Source of the DNA: a virus | Taxonomy: Duplodnaviria; Caudoviricetes | Length of the DNA: 64,000 bases | Reading direction: 5' to 3' (one strand) | IMG/VR virus record: IMGVR_UViG_2974556156_000001 | Location: 1 to 64,000 of that record | Shown here: positions 52,999 through 62,382 of the stretch, piece after piece | Layout of the letters: the number at the start of each line of letters is the position of its first letter | Numbering within the stretch: the first letter of the stretch is position 1 | Position numbers and translations under genes: made by a program | The notes under the pieces: generated by a model | The model's database searches: none | What the model was told of the DNA's origin: nothing | What the model saw: the letters and a program-made list of their open reading frames with translations, nothing else

Positions 52999-55766
52999 GC
53001 TGCAGCCAGCTCGCGTTGCTTGAACAGGAAGTCCACCACCGCCCGGACCTCGTCGTCGGTAGCCCGCTCGCCAACCCGGTCTTCACCGACGGCGTCGATC
53101 TTGGGCAGCTCGAACAGCTCGATCTGGCCATAGGGAGCCTTCTTCTCGTGGAAGGGCTCGAAGGTCAGGCCGACTGCCGGGGTGGCGTCCAGCTTGAACG
53201 TCGGGAAGACGTCCGGGTGATCCATCATCACCTCGCGGGCCATAGCGATAAACTCGACCACGCGGTCGCGGTGAACCGACCAGACCTTCTCGTCGTGGAT
53301 GGGGATCATGAACCGGGCCTCGCGGTCGGTCCAACCCATCTCCTTCAGGCGACGCTTGCACTCCAGGATCGAGCGCTTGATGATGAAGGCGTTCGTGCCT
53401 TGCACCATGGCGTTGACCAACTGGTTGGCGGCTCGCTTGTGGATCCGGCGGGTGATTTCATGGACGATCGGGTTCAGCTCGACGATGTCAGGCCACTTGG
53501 CCTTGAAAACCGTCATCCACTCGTCGGTCGCCTCGTAGCGGAACCGGCGATGGCCGTCCGGCAGCTCGACAAACCCGTGCATGTTGCCTTGCAAGATCGT
53601 GTTCAACCGCCACTCTTCAGCCTCGGCGAAGCGCGAGCGATAGAACTCGGTCGCCTCGCCGGTGCGCGAGATCGACCAGCCCATGCGCTCGCCGACCGTG
53701 GTCAGGAAGCCGGAGTACCAGTAGTTGAAGTTGGCCCCCTTGCCGATCTCCGTCCGCCAGTACTTGACGGCCGAGGCACCCGACGAGAACAGCTCGCCCT
53801 TCAGGTTGGTGAAGAGGCGGTCGCGCTCGCTATCCAGGCAGCCGTACTTCTTCTGGAAGTCCGCACCGTTCTCGAACTTCTTGAGGTCCTTAAAGATCTC
53901 CTCGTTCATCCAAGGGATCTCGACCCGCAGAATGTCAGCCGCCGCGCCCGAGTGCATGTCCTGGTGCGGCAGTTGGCCGAAGGCCTTGTGAAAGGTCGTG
54001 TCGTTCGAGAGCTGGCCGATGATGACCAACTCGAAGGCCGACCAATCCAGCGAGACGATGACGTGGTCGTCGTAGTCCGGCTCGAAGAAGCCGCGCACGT
54101 AGGTGCTCTCGCCGCGCTTGGCCAGCTGCATTGGGTTGGGTGAGCTGGCCGCCAGGCGGCGGGTGTTGAGCAGGCAGTTGACCACCGGGTACATGCGCTG
54201 CGTCTCGGGGTCGGTCAGCAGCACGTAGGGCGTCAGATACAGTTTCATGCGCTGCTCGACGCCGGCCATAGCCGTCAGAGTTTCGATGACCGTGATCTTG
54301 GCCTCATCCGGGTCGTTCTGGCGTAGCCAGTCGAGAACCTTGCCGCGCGCCTCGCCGTCGCTGGCGACAGCACCCTTGTCGAACATCATCTTACCGCGCA
54401 ACAGATCGTAGAGGATCACGCGGGCGACCATATAGTGGGTGATCGACAGCTCTGACTTGATGGGCTTGCCCTTGGCTGTGTACTTGATCCGCTCAGGCTG
54501 TTCCTCAGCCCAGGCGTTGCTGACCGGCGAGCTGACTTGCTGGCACTGCTGGAAGTCGTCGTCGCTGTCAGGCAGCGCCGCCCAGTCGCTGATCTTCTTG
54601 CGGTAGCGGGTGTAGCCCTGGGCAGCCGTGGGCTTCTCACCGTCATAGTACCACGACTGGCGCTTGCACAGTTCAGGCTCGGGTTGCGGATCCCACTCGA
54701 TCTTGCGGATCGCCTCCTTCAACACGCGCAGCAGCCTGGCGAACTCGGCCCGCTCGACCACCCGGCGGCTCTCGATGGCTGAGAAGTTGACCTTCATGCC
54801 CGCGCGCCAGATGTCGCTGAACACGTAGATCATCGGGTTTTCTTGGGTGAAGAACGTCTCCAAGGCGCGCGGGCTGTGGATCGCGACGTATTCCATCAGC
54901 TTGTCGAACAGCGGCACCACCCAGTAGGCGTCTTCTGCACCATACGAGGAGACCTCATCGCCAGTGATCTGGCCCATGTGGGCGTTGTCGCCCAAGGTCT
55001 CCTGGAAGGTGTCCATCTTGTGCCCGAAGAACTTCCAGACGAGGTTCTTCAGGCCGTGGCCGTAGGAGATCTCCTTGACGAACCCGTTGTAGGAGGTCGA
55101 ACCGTCGGCGGTCTTGGAGGTGATCTTGCCGATGATCTCGTCGACCTCACGGCTGAACTTGCGGCGCATGCCGCCGTCCTCGTCAGGTTCCAGATCGTTG
55201 GGTGTCGTCTTCAAGGCGGCATACATCAACGGCCGGAGATGCTGCTCCAGGTCGTTCAGACCTTGAGCCATGAACTCGACCTTGTCGTAGTTGTCGTCGC
55301 CGAACGCAGTGACCGACAGCTGCATGGTGCAGACGATGTTCGTCAGCTGGTATCCGTGACACTGCGCGAACATGGTGATTTCGTAGGGCGCATTGTGTGC
55401 GATCCAGATCGCGCCCTCTGGCTTGGCCTCAATGATCGGCAAGACCTCATCCCAGCTCAGTCGGTTCTCAACGTCCTTATGAGCAAGATTGAAGTAGTAG
55501 GCGAATTGAGAGTCACGCGGAAACAGTGAGAACCCGGTCATCACTGTGCGGTTGACGTCGAAGACCAGTTTCTTGTTGCCGGCCTTCTTGCGGGTGTCCT
55601 CGTTCACCTTCATGAAAAGGTTCAGACCTTGATGGCGATTATCGTCGTGCGTCTCGCAGTCGATGCCGACCATAGTGGTCGTAGCGCGCATAAGGTCGAT
55701 CAACAGGGGCTTCATCTCATCGATGTTGCGGCGGTCGATCAGGATCGTGGGGACAGGAAGGGCCAT
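52995..55766 (-). CDS. polA: family A DNA polymerase with 3'-5' exonuclease
   Basis: DCET (ExoI), HNAPYE (ExoII), YGAED (ExoIII); motif A DWSAFEL, motif B GKGANFNYWY, motif C IHDE. Confidence 0.95.
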   Translation of the reverse strand: MALPVPTILIDRRNIDEMKPLLIDLMRATTTMVGIDCETHDDNRHQGLNLFMKVNEDTRKKAGNKKLVFDVNRTVMTGFSLFPRDSQFAYYFNLAHKDVENRLSWDEVLPIIEAKPEGAIWIAHNAPYEITMFAQCHGYQLTNIVCTMQLSVTAFGDDNYDKVEFMAQGLNDLEQHLRPLMYAALKTTPNDLEPDEDGGMRRKFSREVDEIIGKITSKTADGSTSYNGFVKEISYGHGLKNLVWKFFGHKMDTFQETLGDNAHMGQITGDEVSSYGAEDAYWVVPLFDKLMEYVAIHSPRALETFFTQENPMIYVFSDIWRAGMKVNFSAIESRRVVERAEFARLLRVLKEAIRKIEWDPQPEPELCKRQSWYYDGEKPTAAQGYTRYRKKISDWAALPDSDDDFQQCQQVSSPVSNAWAEEQPERIKYTAKGKPIKSELSITHYMVARVILYDLLRGKMMFDKGAVASDGEARGKVLDWLRQNDPDEAKITVIETLTAMAGVEQRMKLYLTPYVLLTDPETQRMYPVVNCLLNTRRLAASSPNPMQLAKRGESTYVRGFFEPDYDDHVIVSLDWSAFELVIIGQLSNDTTFHKAFGQLPHQDMHSGAAADILRVEIPWMNEEIFKDLKKFENGADFQKKYGCLDSERDRLFTNLKGELFSSGASAVKYWRTEIGKGANFNYWYSGFLTTVGERMGWSISRTGEATEFYRSRFAEAEEWRLNTILQGNMHGFVELPDGHRRFRYEATDEWMTVFKAKWPDIVELNPIVHEITRRIHKRAANQLVNAMVQGTNAFIIKRSILECKRRLKEMGWTDREARFMIPIHDEKVWSVHRDRVVEFIAMAREVMMDHPDVFPTFKLDATPAVGLTFEPFHEKKAPYGQIELFELPKIDAVGEDRVGERATDDEVRAVVDFLFKQRELAAA

Positions 55767-55782
55767 GAGCTGGTCTCTAAAT

Positions 55783-55812
55783 GGAGAAAGGCCCGCCCCG
55801 AAGGGCGGGCCT
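55783..55812 (-). terminator. terminator with UUCG tetraloop
   Basis: AGGCCCGCCC-ttcg-GGGCGGGCCT then TTCTCC on - strand. Confidence 0.7.
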
Positions 55813-55830
55813 GGGATAGGCGCCGAAGCG

Positions 55831-56223
55831 CTATTCGCTGGGGGTCGGAGCAGCCGAAGCCTGATGGATCGCGGCTTGCAGCTCAGCCTCCGTCGCCGCC
55901 GACAGATCGATGGTCTTGACGGTTTCGAAGTCGTTCAGGTTTTCCTTGTTGCCGCCGGCCACGAGGACCACCGACAGCTGGCCGCCCAGAACTTCTTCCT
56001 GGAAGGTGCCGAACTTGGGCTTGCGGGTGCCGTACTTGACCGGGTCGCCGTTCTTCAGCGGGCGCTTCAGCAGCGTCAGGTCTTGATCGTAGAGGTCGAG
56101 CGCATCGTGATCGAGATGGGTGTCGAGCTTCACGCGGATGTTGCCGTCCGCGCCGACACTTTCGACGAGGCCCTTGATGGTGACCAGATCACCTTCTTGA
56201 TATTGGCTGGCGGTCTTCGCCAT
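55831..56223 (-). CDS. hypothetical protein
   Basis: GGAG SD, 130 aa, GC3-rich codons. Confidence 0.75.
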   Translation of the reverse strand: MAKTASQYQEGDLVTIKGLVESVGADGNIRVKLDTHLDHDALDLYDQDLTLLKRPLKNGDPVKYGTRKPKFGTFQEEVLGGQLSVVLVAGGNKENLNDFETVKTIDLSAATEAELQAAIHQASAAPTPSE

Positions 56224-56225
56224 AG

Positions 56226-56516
56226 TTAGATCTCCTTAGAGGGGTGGTTGAGCTTGGCTCGTTCAATCGCGGAGACCAATCGCTTGGCCTTGCGATCATC
56301 TTCCCGCATCGCCTTCACTTGACGCTTACGGGCAAGATCCTTGGCGAGGGTGCTCATGCCCGGCTTCACGGGCACGGCGACGCCTCGAATGTTCTCATAG
56401 GTCGCGCCTTCCAGGCGTTCCTTCTCGACCTTCTCGCGCAGTCTGGCGCGGTTGATGCGGTGCCAGTCGGCTTGAGGGGCCAGCTCGGCAGGGATGTCAT
56501 CACCCTTCAGTCTCAC
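56226..56516 (-). CDS. hypothetical basic protein
   Basis: GTG 56516 in GTGA overlap with the exonuclease stop. Confidence 0.6.
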   Translation of the reverse strand: MRLKGDDIPAELAPQADWHRINRARLREKVEKERLEGATYENIRGVAVPVKPGMSTLAKDLARKRQVKAMREDDRKAKRLVSAIERAKLNHPSKEI

Positions 56517-57304
56517 AGCATGTACCTCTTCATCATCTCCATCAGGGCAGCCGGGTCGTCCGTTCCCTGCTTCAGATGCCCATGTAGAACATCGTGCGGG
56601 ATAGGTAGCGGCTCGATAATCCGTGCCATGATCGCCCATTCGGTGCGGTTCTCCTGGCTGGAGAGCCAGGTCACCGACGCCTTACTGATGCCAGCCGCCA
56701 GGCACTGCTCCTCGTTGACCGGCTGGCTGGGGTCAGCCCGGACGGCATCAAGGATCTTCTGCAGAGCGACCTTGTCGGCCTTCTCCCAGGCCCCGTCGCC
56801 GAAGCCCTTCAGACCAGGAATGGTGTCCGACTGATCGCCGACGTAGGCCTTGTAGAGCCGCACGAGGTCATGCTGGATCTTGCCCGTGTACTCGCACGTA
56901 ATCCTGGTCGGGGCCAGGCAGCGTAGGGCGGCCAAGTCGCCGTCTCGGGCGGCGATGGTGATCGGATAGTCGGTGGTGTCGACGAAGTGCTTGGTCAGGG
57001 CTGCGACCACGTCGTCCCCTTCGAAGCCGGGGATCTGAACCTGCCAGCTGTTGGTCAGACCAATCAGCTCACGGACGAAATTCAGGTTCTTCATGATGTC
57101 GGGATTGCTGGGCGGCCGGCTCTTGTAGCGGGGAAAGAGCGCACGTCGCGCATCATTGCCCTTGTAGCCGTCCCACACCCAAACGCGGAAGATGAGCGCG
57201 TTGGTGCCAGTCAGGTTGAGAATACCCCGGATGAAATCCTGGGGTCGCTCAGACTCCATCTTGACGCGCACCCAGGAGTTCGCATCGACGATGACGAGGC
57301 GCAT
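56513..57304 (-). CDS. 5'-3' exonuclease / flap endonuclease (T5 D15/PolI N-terminal family)
   Basis: IVDAN, VWDG, RR..FP.YK, FEGDD, DGDL, GD.SD.IPG.KGFG. Confidence 0.92.
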   Translation of the reverse strand: MRLVIVDANSWVRVKMESERPQDFIRGILNLTGTNALIFRVWVWDGYKGNDARRALFPRYKSRPPSNPDIMKNLNFVRELIGLTNSWQVQIPGFEGDDVVAALTKHFVDTTDYPITIAARDGDLAALRCLAPTRITCEYTGKIQHDLVRLYKAYVGDQSDTIPGLKGFGDGAWEKADKVALQKILDAVRADPSQPVNEEQCLAAGISKASVTWLSSQENRTEWAIMARIIEPLPIPHDVLHGHLKQGTDDPAALMEMMKRYML

Positions 57305-57329
57305 GGTAGTTCTCGTGGTAGAGAGTGAT

Positions 57330-57355
57330 GAGGCCGGCCCTTACGGGCCGGCCTC
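57330..57355. other. GC hairpin after the SSB-like gene
   Basis: GAGGCCGGCCC-ttac-GGGCCGGCCTC; no U-tract. Confidence 0.55.
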
Positions 57356-57374
57356 TAAGCCTGGCTGAAGGGGT

Positions 57375-58127
57375 TTAGCCTTCGGACTGGCTATCCTTGA
57401 ACGAGATGTCGACGACCTTGAAGTCGTCGAACAGAGCTGCGCCCCAGTTGTTGCCGTTGCCCGAGCGAGCCTTGAACTTCAGCTTGCCGGCCAGGATCAA
57501 GTTGTCGTCGATCTGGCCCAGAGTGCGCATGTCGTCGAACGGCTTGATGAAGGCGGCGAAGTCCTTGAAGTTGGTGACCGAGGCGGTCCAGCCCAGGGTC
57601 TGACCGGCTTCGATCAGCGCCTGACCCTTCTTCTCGCCCTTTTCGGCCGTCAGCGTCTCACGCATCGTGAACGGGATGTCCACGGTGGGGTAGTCGCCAC
57701 GGCACTTGGGGTCCGAGGCCATGGCCTCGGAAATCGCCGCCTGCCAGGACTTCTTGGTTCGGCTTTCGACCAGTCGGTCGAAGGACTTCAGGTACTTGGT
57801 CGGCGAAGCGCCGTAGCGCAGGCCGTAGTAGGGAACCACGTCGCCGAGACGGAACTCGACGTCGATTTCCTCGAAGGTGTTCATCAGATCGGTCCCGATC
57901 AGGAAACCGGTCTTATCGACCTTGAGGTAGGCGTCGACCCGCAGGCCGCCCTGGTTGAGGACTTCGCCGAGCGAGACCGGCTTGCCACCCGATTGGGCGA
58001 CAGCGGTGCCGGCACCCGGCACAGCCACAGCCCCACCACCCGTTTCTTGGTCGGCGGCGGTGTTGGCGGCGTTGGCGGCGAGAGCGCGAGCAGCAGCGAT
58101 CGAAGCGTTGATAGCGTCAGCGGACAT
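57375..58127 (-). CDS. putative single-stranded DNA-binding protein
   Basis: Highly biased codons, aromatic beta-rich core, located between helicase and exonuclease; function by inference. Confidence 0.5.
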   Translation of the reverse strand: MSADAINASIAAARALAANAANTAADQETGGGAVAVPGAGTAVAQSGGKPVSLGEVLNQGGLRVDAYLKVDKTGFLIGTDLMNTFEEIDVEFRLGDVVPYYGLRYGASPTKYLKSFDRLVESRTKKSWQAAISEAMASDPKCRGDYPTVDIPFTMRETLTAEKGEKKGQALIEAGQTLGWTASVTNFKDFAAFIKPFDDMRTLGQIDDNLILAGKLKFKARSGNGNNWGAALFDDFKVVDISFKDSQSEG

Positions 58128-58207
58128 CTTTGATCCTAAAACTAAAAGTGGATTTGACCGCCCGGTTGGGCGGCCGAGGGGTACTAGATACTATTACTTC
58201 GGATCCC

Positions 58208-59698
58208 TCAAGTCCGAAGTGGCTGTCCGAAGCGATTTCCAAATTGGTCCATCGTTTCGAAATGGTTGAAGCGGATGACGTCCTGGGTCGGGTCCACCTT
58301 GTGGGCGTCCAAGGACTTGTCCTCCAGGATCTGCATCAGACGCAGGTCCATGCTGTCGTAATAGGCCATGGTTGTCAGGCGCAGCGGTACGCCTCGAACA
58401 CCTCGAATGGTGCGCTTGAAACCCTGGCTGAAGTCGTTGGGCAGGTAGCTGAGCGACATGAAGATCACATGCTCGGTCTCGACCCGCTGCGGTCCCCAGA
58501 ATTGCCAGTTGAACCCCACGCTGGCGACAGCTGGTGAGGCGATCATGACCTGCGCACGGCCCTCCTTGAAGTCCAAGTCGGCCTGGCCACGGGTGGCCTT
58601 GTTCTCCCCGTTCATCATCCGCCAGGTCAGACCCATCTCGTCGCACAGCTTGGCGATCTGCTTCTGCTGAGGGACGAAGAAGGCGAAGATGATCAGAGGG
58701 AGGCCCTTGCGTTGGGCCTCGTCGAGGTGGATCCGAAGCGCTTCCTCCTTGGCGGGGCGCTTACCCGGCATCAGGTCGATGGGCGGTAGCTTCAGCTTGT
58801 GCTCAGGGTCGCGCAGATCCGGGAAGACGTTCGGATGCTCCTGGATCTGACGAGCCCGGATCGTCGCGGTGCCCGGCAGGGTGCCGTCGATGAAGAAGTG
58901 CTCCAGCTCCAGGAAGGCTTCCTTCCTGAACTTCTCGAACATGGTCCTCTGGGCCTCGCACATCTCAACCCACTGGACCGTTGGCACGACCGGCTGCTCA
59001 CCAAAGATGCTCTTGAAGGTCCGGCGGATGCCGTGCCGCCCGAGGATTGCCCCTAGCTTCTCGTGGTTGTGCCAGGCGATGGGCTTGCCCCGGTCGTCCA
59101 GGTAGGCGTGCTCACCCAGGAAGTGGTCGTAACCACCCCAATAGTAGCGGTTGTCGATCGACTGGATAGCCGGGTAGGCCGTGTCGAGGCGGCCGTTGAT
59201 GATGGTCCCCGTCATGTGGACCATCTCCTCCATGTGCTTCGACATCTCGAAGAAGGCCTGGGTCCGGGCCGAGGTCGCACCACCGAAGCACATGTGCATC
59301 TCGTCGGTGTCCATCGCCCGGAAGCCCTGGTCGAAGAGCGCCTGGTAGATGTGGTAGTCGTCCACCCCTGCGACCTTGGCCTTCAGTCGGTCGGGGCCAA
59401 GCAGGACGATCCCCGGCTGCTTCTCCAGCTCACGTCTGATCTTGGCTGGCGAGCCATCGAGCACCCCGATGTCTTTGTCGGTCAAACCCGTCCAGTCCTT
59501 GATCTCCTGGACGTTCTTGGGGATCAGCGACAACGGCTGGCACCAGATGGTCTTCATGCCCTCCTGCAATCGACGGTACTGGTTGGCCACGACTGAAATG
59601 GTCTTGCCCGTTCCGGGGTCGGACAGGTTCATGCACTTCTTCTGGATGATATAGAAGACCAGGTCGGCGAGCTGGTCGTCACGCATCTTAAGTGCCAC
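58208..59698 (-). CDS. superfamily 2 (SNF2-like) DNA helicase
   Basis: DPGTGKT, DEMH, MTGT, SVGFN, Q...RT.R motifs. Confidence 0.9.
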   Translation of the reverse strand: MALKMRDDQLADLVFYIIQKKCMNLSDPGTGKTISVVANQYRRLQEGMKTIWCQPLSLIPKNVQEIKDWTGLTDKDIGVLDGSPAKIRRELEKQPGIVLLGPDRLKAKVAGVDDYHIYQALFDQGFRAMDTDEMHMCFGGATSARTQAFFEMSKHMEEMVHMTGTIINGRLDTAYPAIQSIDNRYYWGGYDHFLGEHAYLDDRGKPIAWHNHEKLGAILGRHGIRRTFKSIFGEQPVVPTVQWVEMCEAQRTMFEKFRKEAFLELEHFFIDGTLPGTATIRARQIQEHPNVFPDLRDPEHKLKLPPIDLMPGKRPAKEEALRIHLDEAQRKGLPLIIFAFFVPQQKQIAKLCDEMGLTWRMMNGENKATRGQADLDFKEGRAQVMIASPAVASVGFNWQFWGPQRVETEHVIFMSLSYLPNDFSQGFKRTIRGVRGVPLRLTTMAYYDSMDLRLMQILEDKSLDAHKVDPTQDVIRFNHFETMDQFGNRFGQPLRT

Positions 59699-60020
59699 GG
59701 AAAACTCCTCCGGTGCGGCGCTCGGGCCGGCGCTGGCCGGCCGGCAACTGGCGCTCCATGATGGCTTGGCGTCCTTTCTCGGTGACCCGAGCGTAGTTGC
59801 GGCGAGGGATGGAGCTGCCCTTGCGGAAGATCTCGATCAAGCCCGCGTGGACCAGGATACCCAGCACCCGCTCTTCGTCACGGCGATAGACCTCCTCGCC
59901 GGCCTCACCGGCCAGGGCGACGCGATTGAGGATCATCCACTTCATCTCTAGCGTTCTTTTTTGCCGGTTCAGCTCGGTGAAGTACCGGAAGCTAGAGGGT
60001 GAGATACGTCGAAGCATCAT
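59688..60020 (-). CDS. small winged-helix-like protein
   Basis: LGILVHAGLIE....ARVTEKGR pattern; start uncertain (60020, 60017 or 59945). Confidence 0.5.
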   Translation of the reverse strand: MMLRRISPSSFRYFTELNRQKRTLEMKWMILNRVALAGEAGEEVYRRDEERVLGILVHAGLIEIFRKGSSIPRRNYARVTEKGRQAIMERQLPAGQRRPERRTGGVFRGT

Positions 60021-60351
60021 GGCCCCTGATGATCATGAGGTTGTAGGCGAGGATCTCTTCCTTACTCGCCCCCGCCAGCGGGCGTCCCGGCTTGGGATCA
60101 CCACAGAACTGAGCCGTCACCACGCTGGTCGGTTGGCGACGATCGGCGTCATTGCGGCGGAACTCGATAGAAATCGTTCGGGGCGCGCGCGGCTGCATGC
60201 TGTCAACGAAGCGGTTCTGCTCGTCGTTACCCTTCAGCCAGCGCTGTTTAATTTCACCAGCCTTGGTCTGGAACCCCGAGTTCCAGGTCATGCCCAGCTC
60301 TCGTTTGCGTTTGGCGGCGGCGACAGCCTCCCGGCTAAGAGATACGGCCAT
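59992..60351 (-). CDS. hypothetical protein
   Basis: ATG 60351 is 9 nt after GGAGG. Confidence 0.65.
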   Translation of the reverse strand: MAVSLSREAVAAAKRKRELGMTWNSGFQTKAGEIKQRWLKGNDEQNRFVDSMQPRAPRTISIEFRRNDADRRQPTSVVTAQFCGDPKPGRPLAGASKEEILAYNLMIIRGHDASTYLTL

Positions 60352-60949
60352 TTTGAACATCCTCCATATAGGAGCGCAGGAGGCCAGCCCCGATGCGCTC
60401 GAAGGGTTGAGAGAGGTCCAGGTCGAAAGGCTCGACCCGCTTCATGTCGAAGAGTGGCATCCGCTCCCTGGCGATGACCACCAGGCGGCGATTGCAGGCG
60501 CGGGCGACAGCGGCGTGGCGGTTGACCGCCTCAGTGTGGTTGACCTCGGCCGAGGTGAAGACCATCGGGCCGAGGTTGGTCACCTCGTAGAGCTTCTTCA
60601 CCCATTCGGTGGCCTTCATCCAAATGGCCGTGGTGCTGTCGTAGGTCGGGCTCGACAGTCGGCGTAGGGCGGCGATTGTCGGCCCCAGCTTGTTGTCTGG
60701 GTCGTAGACCCAGACGGCCGAAGTGCCCGGCGTTGGTAAGAAGGCCTGCACCAAAGGCTCGCTGACCCAGGCTGGTGCTGGGTCTACCGCGTTGAGGTTG
60801 AAATCATGAGGGCACCGCTCGTTCCGAGGGCGGATGTGCGCCTGGAACGGACAAGGCAGATCGGGGGAGATCAGGTTGATCGCCCCCGACCGCTGGAGCA
60901 GGAATGGGATGCCCTCAGCGATATGGAGTCCATATCTGCTGACGATCAT
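60335..60949 (-). CDS. hypothetical protein
   Basis: 204 aa, ATGA-coupled. Confidence 0.7.
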   Translation of the reverse strand: MIVSRYGLHIAEGIPFLLQRSGAINLISPDLPCPFQAHIRPRNERCPHDFNLNAVDPAPAWVSEPLVQAFLPTPGTSAVWVYDPDNKLGPTIAALRRLSSPTYDSTTAIWMKATEWVKKLYEVTNLGPMVFTSAEVNHTEAVNRHAAVARACNRRLVVIARERMPLFDMKRVEPFDLDLSQPFERIGAGLLRSYMEDVQNGRIS

Positions 60950-61113
60950 GCGACCAACTTCTCCAGCAAGCGACGCTCGTTGTTATCGACGGACGCAGCG
61001 ATCCGGGGTTGGATCACCGTCGATTTGACAAGCTCACGCTGCTCGGCTGTGGGCTGGCTACGCAGATAGGTTGCCAAATCCCAGTAGCGTTTAGCGGCGA
61101 CTTCTAGGCTCAC
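60946..61113 (-). CDS. small hypothetical protein, 55 aa (absent from ORF track)
   Basis: Hand translation MSLEVAAKRYWDLATYLRS...LLEKLVA; GTGA overlap upstream and ATGA overlap downstream. Confidence 0.65.
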   Translation of the reverse strand: MSLEVAAKRYWDLATYLRSQPTAEQRELVKSTVIQPRIAASVDNNERRLLEKLVA

Positions 61114-61511
61114 TTAATAAGTTCCTCAAGTGGAATTTTGAGAACATGCGACAGATTGACCAGTTCTGTCAAAGTAAAGTCGTGCGCTCCTACCTCCATT
61201 GTTCTAATGCGTACCCGACTGACGTCGATCGCTTGACCGAGGTCACTTACAGTGATCTCGTTCACCGCTCTATACTTAGCGATCTTCAGCCCGACGCTTA
61301 TGTGAAGCGGTGAGATGGTTGACTTGTCGGCCATCGTCTTCGGCCCACGCTGCCGACCTCCTGTTCGCGTTCGATCAGGGTTGCGGATGCGCTCCTCGCG
61401 GATGGCCTTCCAGAGTGTGCTGACGTGACGACCGTACTTGGCGGCCACCGTCTCAGGTGAACCGCCATTGTAGTAGTCGTCAACCATCTGGTCGGTGGTG
61501 TTGTTGGCCAT
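61110..61511 (-). CDS. double HTH protein with C-terminal XRE/Cro-like domain
   Basis: PETVAAKYGRHVSTLWK and LGQAIDVSRVRIRTMEVG..DFTLTEL..L..VL. Confidence 0.75.
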   Translation of the reverse strand: MANNTTDQMVDDYYNGGSPETVAAKYGRHVSTLWKAIREERIRNPDRTRTGGRQRGPKTMADKSTISPLHISVGLKIAKYRAVNEITVSDLGQAIDVSRVRIRTMEVGAHDFTLTELVNLSHVLKIPLEELIK

Positions 61512-62155
61512 CAGTGGAGCCTATAGTTGATGTCGACCCGACGCCAACAGGCGTCACAGTCCAAGCACTTGTTTCCCTGCTCAGCGGCCCCGCACTGGAT
61601 CGAGGTGAGGGCTCTCTGCTCGACCCCGACCGTCGAGAACGGCAAACCCAGCATGCGACCACGAGGCTCCTCGCCGAGCCAGGGGTGGCTCATGCGGATC
61701 ACCAGATTGTCGGGGATCTCGCCGCCAAACGCCAGATAGTAGCGGACGAACTTGTACTCCCTGGTCGGTAGCCAATGGCGGACGCGAGGTGTGCGTCGGG
61801 CGATCTCGACAATCTTGGCCAGCATCTCGACCGACTGCAAGTCGCCGCTGTCGAACCAGCGGAACCGGTTCTCCTTCGTTCGCTGGCGGTCGAGCAAGGT
61901 GTTCAAAACCAGTGCGAAGGCCTCGACGAAGTTAGGGTGGTCCAGAGCGGCCAGGCGGCGCTCATGCGCGGCCTTGACGACGTTCCAGCGGTAGTTGCCC
62001 TTCAGGGCGTAGCAATCGCTGCAGGTCGTACCCTCGACCTCGGCCAGTTTGGCTCCCGTCTGGCAGGTCGTGGCCGAGATGGACCAACCATACCAGGGCA
62101 TTTTGGATGGTCCACTAAGACCACCTATGATCTTCAATGCTTCGCCATACTGCAT
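61511..62155 (-). CDS. Gp88-like (radical-SAM-related, Fe-S) protein
   Basis: PSKMP..WSI.A..C-x12-C-x2-CYA.KG.Y, FRWFDSGD, HWLPT, NLVIRMS. Confidence 0.8.
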   Translation of the reverse strand: MQYGEALKIIGGLSGPSKMPWYGWSISATTCQTGAKLAEVEGTTCSDCYALKGNYRWNVVKAAHERRLAALDHPNFVEAFALVLNTLLDRQRTKENRFRWFDSGDLQSVEMLAKIVEIARRTPRVRHWLPTREYKFVRYYLAFGGEIPDNLVIRMSHPWLGEEPRGRMLGLPFSTVGVEQRALTSIQCGAAEQGNKCLDCDACWRRVDINYRLH

Positions 62156-62382
62156 TAAGACTTTAACTCCCTCGCTATACGGCGCACATTTTGTCGTGCC
62201 CAATCACACTTTTCTTTGGATTTTCCAGGTTTGCTCAGATCGATGGTGAACTTCCGAGCTTCACTTCCAGCTCGGACTTCAATCATGTCGTGCTTGCTGC
62301 CCCTCACCAAAGAAGCGGAGACCCCGTTTTTCAGGGCCTCCGCTTGGGCAGCGGCTAGTACTTTAGCCGCCCCTCGCATCAA
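62155..62382 (-). CDS. small hypothetical protein
   Basis: Coupled at both ends, 75 aa. Confidence 0.6.
   Translation of the reverse strand: MMRGAAKVLAAAQAEALKNGVSASLVRGSKHDMIEVRAGSEARKFTIDLSKPGKSKEKCDWARQNVRRIARELKS

Noticed and set aside
61110-61511. Lysogeny repressor implying a temperate lifestyle
   Set aside because: No integrase, partition genes or divergent cI/cro switch; gene is embedded in a coupled operon
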